A DNA stretch of 64,000 nucleotides from Octopus sinensis. Lineage: Eukaryota. The notes under the pieces were generated by a model. That model did not search any database, had not been told where the DNA came from, and saw only the letters and a list, made by a program, of their open reading frames with translations. Position 1 is the first letter of the stretch; every line of letters begins with the position of its first letter. This document shows, one piece after another, positions 1-57,788 of this stretch. Location: positions 59,292,463-59,356,462 of the forward strand of contig NC_043013.1 in the NCBI RefSeq assembly GCF_006345805.1, given 5' to 3'. Made by a program: the position numbers and the translations under genes.

Positions 1-429
1 TTCATCAAAAATTTTTTTGCTCAACTTTATAATGAAGTTGTTGTTGTATTTCGGAATGTTCATTTTGCCAGTTTAGCCAATAAAAACACACGCACTATAT
101 ATTTGGTGTTACTTTGCTTCAGTGTTATTTATTTTTTACATTAAACTTAATCTTATTTCGGCCAGAGTTCTTTCGTCACATTCCTGTGACAGCATCAGTG
201 GTCCTTTGCTTTCTTCTTTCTTATTTGTGTGTCTCTCCTTACTAACCGTCAGCCATTTTGTATTTCTATTGTATGTGTCTTCATTTGCGCATGCATATAT
301 CTCTATGTGCGTCTATGTTTAGTTAGTGTGTGTGTGGGGGGATGCCTGTAATATTTGTATCTTCTGTTTATATAAGTTTGTGTAATTTGCTTTTGTTTAT
401 TCTTATTTTGTTCATGTGTTTACATCCAC

Positions 430-469
<40 letters not shown>

Positions 470-1704
470 GTATGCTTGTATGTATGTATGTATAACAACA
501 ATACTAGTAATAATAATAATAATAATAATATTTAAAAATTTAAAAAACATTTTTTTTTCAATTTAAAAAAAATTAAGGTTTTAATTGAATTAATCCTTTG
601 GATAACGACATATCTGAGATCACCCCTGATTTTATGACACAATCTTTCTGTACTAAAGTGAACTAAATTAAAATCTTCCATCAAGATTCCATGTTAGCTT
701 TTGCTTCAAGCAAAACAATAATGACGAAGTTGTATTTGTTTTGCAAGATTCTTGATGTGAATTTGTGTGTTGAAACAAATTTTGTTGTGTGTTGGGAGAG
801 TGGTTACACCAATAATAATAGCAATAATAATAACAAGGGCAGACCTTACAGACCTCAGAGTGAGAGAGGAAATCACCAAGTCACTGAAAAGGTGGTGACC
901 AGCAACGAAAGAACTCTAACAAACAGCCAATCAATTGTTTGACGAGCACATTAAACAAAAGCTTGATTAGTTAGATGGTTACATATTCAACAAAATGACT
1001 AACAAGAAAGAAGTGGAATTGACCCAGTGTATGTGTTATTATGATTGGCATAACAACTCTTCCAAGATACAACAAAATTAAAAAAGTTATTTTGGTTAAA
1101 AGTTTTCAATATTTTCAAAAATAACCAAACCAAAGACAATATATTTCAATAGAAATATGGTAAGAAAAGAATTGGTGAAGATTTGATCTGGTGTCTTTCC
1201 TTTTTTTTTATGAGCAAAATAAGTTTGTTTTCTTTTCACTGTTTTTGTCAGAAGAAAGTGTTTGGCTTTATAAGCTTTGCAAGCCCTCAATGACCAGTGA
1301 ACTCAATATGAATGCTCTTATCATTCGTACAATTGTAAGTTCATGTGCTGAGAATGAAATCCCAGTGAGTTGATATTCGAGCAAGGAAAAATGTATGAGT
1401 ATAGATGATAGGGTGAAGTGTTAATATTAGTTAATGAAATTATGCCATGTTTCAAGTTGTTCAGAAGATTCTTTCACTGAAAAATATTGTTCATTCAATT
1501 TTACTGCAGAACAAGTATATCGTTATGTTTAGGCTTTTTTGCCTCATTTTTTGCCTCCACTTTTCAGTTGAAAATAAACCATAGCTGCTCAACATTTTAC
1601 ACTCAGGCTAAAGAGTCCAACGTTGAGATTTGGTTCAGTATATAATATCTCCAAGAAAATTCCAGTAAAAAGATTAAACACACGCACACACACACAAACA
1701 CTCA

Positions 1705-1737
<33 letters not shown>

Positions 1738-1895
1738 ACACACACACACACACAGAGTTATCCAGAGAAATTCATTTCATTTTCATATTGTTGAGTATTT
1801 GCTTTTTCTTTTTCCCTTTTTTTCTTCCTGAAACTTTCATGGAATTAAAATTTAATTCCAAATGGCAGAATATTTGTTTTTACCAATTTTGATGC

Positions 1896-46602
<44,707 letters not shown>

Positions 46603-46666
46603 CTTCGGTTTCTATTTCTTTTGCTCTCTTTTATTGCCACTTCTGTATATAGTCTCAGATACCTCC
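46603..46666 (-). other. 5' UTR part of the first coding exon, preceded by a 3' splice site
   Basis: Poly-T tract followed by ACCAG (AG at 46668-46667) implies a non-coding exon further upstream, which I could not locate. Confidence 0.55.
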
Positions 46667-47659
46667 CTGGTAAAAAAAAAAAATTCATAATACTGTGGTT
46701 AATGTTCAAATTACGTATATGAGTGTTTGTATGAAAATATACAATTATACACAGGTAGTTCTCACTCTCAGCGTTTGTTTTTCACAACTTTACAGCTCTA
46801 TGAGAATTTTCAGCGGCAAAAATAAAAAGCAATATATTTTTTTAAAATTTGATTATAATTCAATGTGGGCTGTCTGAAAGCAATGAATGCATTTATCAGC
46901 TAAGCTAAAGGCCAAATTATGTCGGCGAGAGCCAGCAACTCCCATTCTCCTTTGCTGTGCACCATCGTATTTGCTGCAATTAAAATACGCCATTTTTTTT
47001 ATTAACAAGTGAATGTTTCCGAGACATCTTAGAATACTTTCCCTGACTGCTCCGTTCTCTGTCTTTCTTTTAGAATATTGGGCATCTTTTTTTTTAACAT
47101 ACCAAAATACATTAGTACACTAACTGGAACATTAAATAAGAAACTAGAAGGAACCATAACTTTGGGGGAAAATGTATGGTATTATAAGGTAGTACCATGC
47201 CGGAAATACCATTAACACTTTAGTCCACAAATTGTTTTATTTGATTTATTATCTAAAAACTTTTTTATACAACTTTATCTGATACTAAATATATAAAAAC
47301 ATTTTGTTACAATATTTGAAAGAGTTCAAATTCTGCCGAGGTCTACTTTGTCTTTCATCCTTTTGGGGTCGATAAATTAAGTACCAGTGGCGTATTGGGG
47401 TCAATCTAATCGACTGGCCTCCTTCCCCAAAATTTCGGGCCTTGTGCCTTGAGTAGAAAAGAATATTTGAAAGACACTCCAGTCTTGATGACTAACTTAA
47501 GGTATCTCGAAAAAATACAGGTATTGCAGAAGTATGATGTATTGTCCTTCTGGTCCTAAAAAAGGACTATGGGCGCTGTGTTAAAAAAAACCCACCTTAC
47601 TGTAAACCGTGGATGGTTTGGGCGCTAGAAGAGAGCAGGTTGGCACAATATAAAGAATC

Positions 47660-47900
47660 ACAGAGGATGAAGCAGTAAAATTTTGTGCACAAAATTTAAG
47701 AAAAAATTACTGGAGAAGGAAATTACATGTCAAGGCAAGTTTTCAATGTGGATGGGGAAGGATTCTTTTGGAGATTAAAAAAAATACCACCAAGAATCGT
47801 CAATGTCTGTATTTAAAGTTTCGAAAGATCGACTAATTTCAATGTTTAGTGACAACGCAAGCAGAGATAGCAAACTGAAACCATTGGTAGTCTTCTAACC
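47660..47900 (+). mobile_element. Tigger/pogo transposase fragment
   Basis: GNYMSRQVFNVD..FFW..FKVSKDRL..NAS.D.KLKPLVV. Confidence 0.7.
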
Positions 47901-48440
47901 CTTTAGAAATGGAATGAAAAGACTTGAATTTCAGCTTCATGTTTGAAGATTTGTTTTCTCATTTCTTTTCTTGTGGTTCTTCTCTCTCTCTCATACACTC
48001 ACACAACACTCATCACCTTTCATCTATCTCTCTTCCTCACCTTTCTCCCACTCTCTCCCCACTTATTTTTTTTCTCATTCTTTCACTGTCAACCAAATTG
48101 TGGCGCCATTTCTGGTCCTAGTATCCCACACTCCACCTATCACTTTACACCAAGCCTACCATGTAATTCGTTTATATTTGTATTATCTCGTACATTTCTT
48201 ATTCCTTTCTCTCCACTTTGATAAAGAGTATTACCCGAAATATCAAATTCGCTTCTGCTTCTTTCATTAGCGTATTTTCAATGTACACGTTCTTCCACTG
48301 TAATTATTTCATTTCATATTCTTAAGCTGTTTCAGCGTTCGCTTTACTTTGCTTTTTAAATATCATGTATTGTTCGTTTGTCTCTTCCTTGTCTCATAAT
48401 CTTAATAATCATATTTGTCGTGTGTGTATATATATATATA

Positions 48441-48511
<71 letters not shown>

Positions 48512-48548
48512 AATATACGTGTGTGTGTGTGTTTATATATATGTACAT

Positions 48549-48584
<36 letters not shown>

Positions 48585-48586
<2 letters not shown>

Positions 48587-49835
48587 GGAAATAAGAAAAA
48601 TCAACGAAAATTCACATAGTAAATAAAAAAAGAATAGACTTTTTATGAAATGTAACGACAGATATATACATTTAGATGGACTGAGGTAGTAATAAAAGTC
48701 ATAAAAGTCATAAAAGTCATTAAGAGCTAAGGAAATAGATATACAAATATTAAGTCAAGCCACCCGAAATACTAAACCAGACTTAAAAATACTCCCGTAC
48801 ATTTCCACACATAACCCTAGAAACAACGAAGCCTTCAACATTATCACCCAAAATCTTCCCGTCCTCACAGCAGACAAAACAATGAACGAAATTTTAAGCT
48901 CATACAAAATTATAAAAAGCAAAAAGCAACCGAAGTCACTGAAAAAAATATTAATCAGCGCAAGACTTTATCCACTAACAACATAGCCAAAAGTGAAAAA
49001 ATGTGGTCATCCTAACTATGGAACATGCCCCCAACTTTTGGAGGGTTCAGAATTTCACTTCAAACAAGGAAAAATATTTAAGATCAAATCAAATTTCACC
49101 TGGGCCTCGGAAAATCTAATCTATGTCATGACATGCTTAGGATGTGGTAACCACTATATTGGACAGACAGGAATATCACTCCGTCGAAGAACTACCATCC
49201 ACAAAGAATAAATCCGCCAAACACAATACAGACAGTTACAGGTTAGTGAACACATAGAAAGGTGTGCTATGAATCTTGATACTAATTTCCAAATCTTCCC
49301 CTTCTATCAATGTTCACAGAACACCGCAATGCAACAAAGGTTGAATAAAGAGGCAATTTTCATCAATAAATATCTTTCCCAATTAAATATGATCACACAA
49401 CTTAATACAGAGCACCACTAACCCTTCAATGAACACTACTAACCCCTATATACTCCCTACACCATTCACATTACAATTCTATATCTAACACAGCTGCAGG
49501 AAATCCAGAACTACTTACCTCCCTTACAAATAATCTTTTTACTCAGGAACTATTAGTCCTGACACCGTTCATTAGCCGGTGTTTATTCAAGGCAATGAAT
49601 AGGTTAGGACGAAACCATGGTATGCTTTTCTTTCTGACTTTTTAATCATCTCATAATAATGACTTTTATAACATTTATTACTACTTCAGTCCATCTAAAT
49701 GTATATATCTGTCGTTACCTTTCATAAAAAGCCTTTTCTTTTTTTATGTACAATGTGCATTTTCGTTGATTTTTCTTATTTTCCCCTTACATTTCCACGT
49801 GTATTTTATATTTTATATTTTCTTTTTGGAACATA
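48585..49835 (+). mobile_element. 5'-truncated Penelope-like element with inverted terminal arms
   Basis: CGHPNYGTC..NLIYVMTCLGCGNHYIGQTG..LRRR..H, FPFY..RLNKEAIFI; 48585-48720 is the reverse complement of 49648-49790. Confidence 0.88.
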
Positions 49836-49857
49836 TTTATACTATATATATATATAT

Positions 49858-51470
<1,613 letters not shown>

Positions 51471-51507
51471 GGTCTCTTTCATTATTTTGTTATCTTACCG
51501 GTTCTGT

Positions 51508-51624
<117 letters not shown>

Positions 51625-52129
51625 TGTGTGTGTGTGTGTAGAAGGTTGAAAAGTAACACACAAGTTCATATTATAAGGGAAATAAGGTAGAAAATGCTAA
51701 AATAATTTTATCATGAAGAACATTTTAGTACCGGGCTCAGCTGTTTCGACTTCTTCAACGTAGAGTAAAGTATGAAAAACAATTGAAGTATTTAATATGG
51801 GGGGTGTTGGTTCTGGATTTTGACTGTTTAAGTAGCAGTAGCTAAGGAAGGAGACGGCGAAGAACAAAGAGGAGGAGGATGACGAAGGGGAGAAAAGAAG
51901 AGAAAGAAGAAGAAAAAGACGGGAGTGGTATGACTGCAGTAGGCTGTTCGTAAAGTCCTCTTGAATGGTCAAGTGACCTAAAAGTGACATGTTGTGGTTA
52001 TAGCAGTAGTGATTGGAATTGTTCTGAATAAGTTCATGGGCAGTGACTGTTCTAAATATATCGTTTTCAATATTTGTGTGGGTATTATTCTAAGAGCCTT
52101 GTAGTAGTGTCATCTGTGGTGGAAGCATT

Positions 52130-52320
52130 GAAAAGGGATTTATATCTTGCGATAAAATATGATTCTTTGCTAATGCGCTGATTATAGGTTGAATTGTCCC
52201 TGAATTTATAGAGGGGAAAATTCTGAAGTTGGGTTGTTCGTTAATGGCACAAATGTCGATGTTTGCTAAATGCTATTTTTCTGTATTTCAATCTGTGATA
52301 TACGTAGGGTCATCCTCTGG
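52130..52320 (-). mobile_element. PLE endonuclease 3' remnant
   Basis: NFRIFP.YKF..RISKESYFIARYK. Confidence 0.5.
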
Positions 52321-52504
52321 CGTTCACTGTCTTTGGTTTGGAGCAAAAGGAACAGAGGGGTGCTTAACGTTTCGAGCAAAGCTCTTCTTTAGAAACATGA
52401 AACAGAGGGTAGTCCAAAAGAAAATTAAGACGGAGGAAAAAATCACTAACAATCTACATACACTAATATACATATGTGTGTATGTATATATATATATATT
52501 ATAT

Positions 52505-52568
<64 letters not shown>

Positions 52569-52619
52569 TGTGTGTTTTATGTTTAGTTATAATGGGACAC
52601 AAATGCACAGATTGACCTT

Positions 52620-53290
52620 GAACCTTGTTGTGTATCTGCACGAAGTTGTAACATTCTAACTCACTTCCACTGTTTACAGCAGTGCTTGGAAAAAATGTGT
52701 ATAGTGTGTGATCGTCGGATTGACCATGACAGAGAAAGTTTAGCCGAGAATCTGCATGAAATTCTGCCAAGAGCTTGACGATACATGCTCAGAGGCCTAT
52801 GCAAAGTTTACAAAAAGTTTTCACCGTTCTCGACACAATCAAGATCTTGTGCAACTGAAACCTGAATGTGTTTTGGATCAGTTGAAAGCAGTTTTGGCAC
52901 AAACTTGGCAGACATGTGTCTCATACCCAAATCTTCAGTGCAAATGAACTGAACTGAACCGTAACTAATGTGCACGTCCTCTGATAACTCACAGATGGTG
53001 ATTTGACAATTTCCCCTCACAGCTGCATGCACATCTGCGATGTTTTTCTCAGTTCTGCTGGTTGCTGGTCTCCCAGAACGTTCGTCAATATTGACGTTTT
53101 ACTGACCATCTTGGAAATGTCTGAACCACTCGTACACTTGTGTGTAGCTCATACACTCCTTTCCATACACTTTCTGCAACCTTGTAAAGGCCTCTGAGCA
53201 AGTCTATGCAACAAATCATACACTACACACCTTCCTTCCAAGCACTGCTATAAACAGTGGAAGTGAGCTAGAACATTAAAACTTAGTGTG
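52620..53290. mobile_element. Rearranged (fold-back) mariner remnant
   Basis: ITICELSEDVHISYGSVQFICTEDLGMRHMSAKFVPKLL (-); 52665-52720 is inverted at 53220-53275. Confidence 0.7.
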
Positions 53291-54936
53291 CATGCACAGC
53301 AGAGTACAAGCTCAATCTTTGCCAAACATCTTTACTCTTTAGTTTCGTTACTATGGCAACAGTCCGTATACTTATTAATCAGATCTTGTATCTGTTTCAA
53401 CACATGATTTCCCATCAAGAGTCTTGCAAAACAAATACATAAACATAAAATATTATACTTTCACTATTTTTCCTGTGACATGTTTTTATTTCCCTCCACT
53501 TAAGAAATAGATTGTGTGTGGTTACTTAGTCTGCTAGAAATAGCAGGTCAATTTTCTTCAGGTCACACATTGAAATTGTAGTGATTTTTCACATCACTGG
53601 TCTTCAATTGCTTGTTCTTTTTATTAACAACAACCATGTGTATGCGTGTGTGTGGGTTTATGTACCTAATGCACTGAAAACTGTGTCTATGGTATCAAAA
53701 CATTCTGCTCCTCCGATCTAATTACCTGTAATCCCTCTCCACTTTTGATCTGCTACACATACAAAAGTATCAAGTAACAATGTCATATATAAGAAAAGTC
53801 ATAGGAAAGCTTCAAAAAATACTCCTTGAAAGAACTACAAGTCATATATTAAAAGTTGAAAAAGCTTCTTCAATTGTTTTGCTGTACAAATGTGTAATGC
53901 TTCCTCTCTTTAGGTTTCACGATGTTAAGTCCATTATATATCATAAATGAGGTTTAAGAATTTCCATCCTAAAACCAGGGTGCCATGTAAAAAGCATTGG
54001 TTGGGGTGCTGGTGCCACTTAAAAAAAAACATTGGTGATGGTGCTACATGAAAAGCATCCAGTACATAAAAAGCTGGGTTGACATTATGAAGGGCATCCA
54101 GTTTTAAAATTCAAGCCAAAACAGGCTACGGAACCTGGTGCAGCCCTTTGGCTTACCAGTTACTATCAAGCCATCCAACCCATACCAACATGGCAAACAG
54201 ACAGTTGATGATGATGATGATGATGATGATGGTGATGAGGATGATGATTGTTTTGACCAACTTTCCCTGAAATTCTCTATTAAGAGGTTATCCCCCACTC
54301 CAATAGGGCCTCCTTACTACATACAGATGAAAGAATTCCTTATTTTAGGGAACATATCATTTTATATAATAAAATTAAGTATACTTCATGGAGTGCAAGC
54401 AGAACAGCAAGAATCCAATCAACACATCTTGTCATTCCTAATATATTATCACAGAGGTGTAGGAGTGGCTGTGTGGTAAGTAGGTTGCTTACCAACCACA
54501 TGGTTCTGGGTTCAGTCCCACTGCGTGGCAGTTTGGGCAAGTGTCTTCTACTATAGCCTTGGACCAACCAAAGCCTTGTGAGTGGATTTCGTAGACAGAA
54601 GCTGAGAGAAGCCCATCGTATATATGTATATATATATATATATTATATATATATATATAGGTGTGTGTGTATGTGTGTGTATATGTTTGTGTGTCTTTGT
54701 TTCCCCACCCCACCCAACATCGCTTGACAACTGATGCTGGTGTGTTTAAATGAATAAAAGAATAAGTGAATACCTTTTTGGCAATCTTATTAGAATGAAA
54801 TTAAAGATAAGGCTTTAGAACTTTGTAGAAAATGACAACTTGTAGAATAATTTGGAAAGAATAATAATGATTACTAGTTTACTAAGCTTTCAAAAAAACC
54901 CTTATGAATGAGAACCCAGGGTCGACATTTCCCCAA

Positions 54937-54982
54937 AACACCTGATGAAGGCTGGAGGGTATATCAGCCGAAATGTTGTGTT
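54937..54982 (+). ncRNA. Minimal hammerhead motif
   Basis: AACAC CTGATGA A GGCTG GAGGGTATAT CAGCC GAA ATGT T GTGTT; stem III probably decayed from ACGT. Confidence 0.6.
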
Positions 54983-55924
54983 AACAACAAACAAGATGAG
55001 GACAAATATCCATCAAATGTAAATAATGTAAATAATGATTACTAGTTCGTTAGAAACAAAAGCAGTTATTTTTCATCAGTGGATAGGAATACAAGGTTTG
55101 AATTTATCATATAATACTATACAAAAACAAAGAATTAATGGCAGTGCCCCAGCATGGCCGTAGCTCTCGAGATGAAACTGATAAAGATAGATGAAGTCAA
55201 ACTTCAAAACGACTGAATCATCATCACCATCATCATCATCATCATCATCAGCATCATCATCATTTGAATTCCATTTTCCAAGCTGGCATGGGTTGGACGG
55301 CTTGACAGGAGCTTGCAAGGCCAGGGGCCACACCAGCTTTCATAGTCTGTTTTGGTTTGGTTTCCACAGCTTGATGCCCTTCCTAATGCCAGCCACTTTA
55401 CAGAGTATACAGGTTGACTGGATGCTTTTTACATGCTATCAGCATCAGCATAACTGGTTTGAAAAATTATAATGGATTGGCAATTAAAGACACTAATAAA
55501 GAGAATGCAATTATATCGATGGATCTTGTATTTTTTAACTTGTTACTTGCTCCAGTCATCGGACAACAGCCTTACTTGGACACTGCCTTGAAGGGTTTAG
55601 TCAAAGAAATTGCCTCACTTGTTATGCTGAACAAGGAGGTAAACAAACACAAAGACACACAGACACACACTCACATACAACCATCTATGTATATATGTGT
55701 ATATACTCTTTACTCTCTTTTACTTGTTTCAGTCATTTGACTGTGGCCATACTGGAGCACCGCCTTTAGTCAAGCAAGTTGACCCCAGGACTTATTCTTT
55801 GTAAGCCTAGTACTTATTCTATCGGTCTCTTATGCTGACCCGCTAAGTTACGGAGACCTAAACACACCAGCATCAGTTGTGAAGTGATGTTGGGGGGACA
55901 AACACAGACACACAAACATATACA

Positions 55925-56060
55925 CACACTGTCGGACAATTTCTGGAACCACGTCACCCCTAACATCTGATCACCTAACTCTGCAATTCTCTTGATTATT
56001 GTGTGGGGTACAGTTGACCGAGAGACCAACAAAACTTCTTGTAACACCAAAGATGAACCG
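55925..56060 (+). mobile_element. Tc1-like transposase C-terminal fragment
   Basis: FWNHVTPNI..PNS..DY.VWGTV.RETNKTSCNTKDE. Confidence 0.6.
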
Positions 56061-56548
56061 AAAATTTTTAGTCTGGACTCAGATTATAACAGAAATGTAC
56101 TACATATCTTTGACATTAGGTAGAGAGAAAAAGTGAGTGATTATCTTACTTATTCAAAGTTTTTCTTACTCTCTATTTTACACTTGTGTGAGACACGGCT
56201 GGAAAAGTATTTAACATGCAGAACACTATCATAGGGTACTTTTGTTCAGGGTCCATCTACTCCCATATCTGAGCGTATCTGTTATTGTACAACCCTAGGT
56301 CAGTACTGATTGATTAGATTTGCTCTCACGAATAACATATCTAGGACTACGTTAGAGGGAGGTTTGGCTGCTTTTTTTAACACATTAAGTGACCATGTAG
56401 AAGCTCCATTTTTATTTCTACACATGTGTGTGTAATAGTTTGTCAGTATGCATGTATGCATGTATTTGTGTTGCTGTTTATGTGTGTGTGTCTGTGTGTG
56501 TGCATGTGTGTGAGTGTGTGTGAGTATTTTATATATATATATATATAT

Positions 56549-56585
<37 letters not shown>

Positions 56586-56596
56586 TATATATATAT

Positions 56597-56642
<46 letters not shown>

Positions 56643-57010
56643 CATACATATATATATATATGTATATAAAGATATATGTAGATACATGCCTAACATGCAA
56701 CAGTATGAACATATTGAGAGACAGAAGGATAGACATACGCATACATACATATTGCATAAATGTACAAGTGTGTGTATATATGTATATATATATATAATAG
56801 CATCCGGGTATCATAACCCTATGAACACCACCATCCCAACCAAAAAGATATCTTTACTTACCTCTTTTTCTACAGAGGACACACAAAATATCCGTTCAAC
56901 ATCAAAATAATATCCAACTACACACAGGTAAAATATGCAGTCAGCCTGATATTTAAATCAGACACACCCTACCTCCCACTCACCCGCTTTCTCTGTTGTG
57001 CATATCATTA

Positions 57011-57788
57011 CATACAGTAATGTACAAATGTCTGGAAAGCGAACAGTGTATGAGTCAGATACATGCTTGCGTGTGTATGGAGGGGAGAAAATCAGGTGTA
57101 GTGTTGGCGAATCTCAGGAAGCATGGAAGTTTTGAAGGATGCAGTGCTCTGACAACTAACAACTGATGCTGGCAGTTTGTTCCATGCTTCAGCAACTCTT
57201 AGCATGAAAAAATGTTTCCGAAAGTCATGGGAGCTGTGCTGTTTTCTGACTTTGTAAACATGTCCATGGGTGTTTAACAGGTGGAGTTTGAAAAGGTGCT
57301 CAGAGTTATGGTTTGTAAGATGGTTAAAAATGTTATGGGTGTCTGCCAAGTCAGCTGCCAGACGTCGGTGTTTCAATGTGTCCATGCCCAGGGAAGTAAG
57401 GCGTTCAGAATATGGCAAATGCCTGATGGAGGGTATTCTCTTGGTTGCACGTCGCTGAACGGCTTCCAGACGATTAATATCCTTGGCAAGATAGGGGTTC
57501 CAGACCGGTGATGCAAATTCCAGGTGAGGTTGTACCATAGCTATATAAAGCCACTAATAGATAGCCGGAGAGTGGCTCACAAAGGACTTGGTGAGTGATG
57601 CCAAGACACTCTCAAGCCGTCTTGGCAATTTTAGCAATGTGTTTTGTCCAATGCAAATCGCTGTCGACAATAACGCCCAGGTCACGTTCACACGAAGACT
57701 TTTTGAGATTAGTGTTGTGAAGGGAGTAAGTAGACGCTGGGTTTTTCCTCCCAAAATGCATGGTGGTACATTTGTCCACAGCCAGCTT
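57011..57788 (-). mobile_element. CR1/L2-like LINE family 1 fragment fused to truncated 28S
   Basis: KLAVDKCTTMHFGRKNP..PHLEFASPVWNPY..MLPEIRQHYT*; lacks about the last 70 nt of the 3' UTR seen in the 16295 and 22570 copies. Confidence 0.9.

Noticed and set aside
51735-53390. Two further hammerhead-like remnants on the minus strand (about 51745 and 53330)
   Set aside because: Stem II is deleted in one and the core and stem I are damaged in the other
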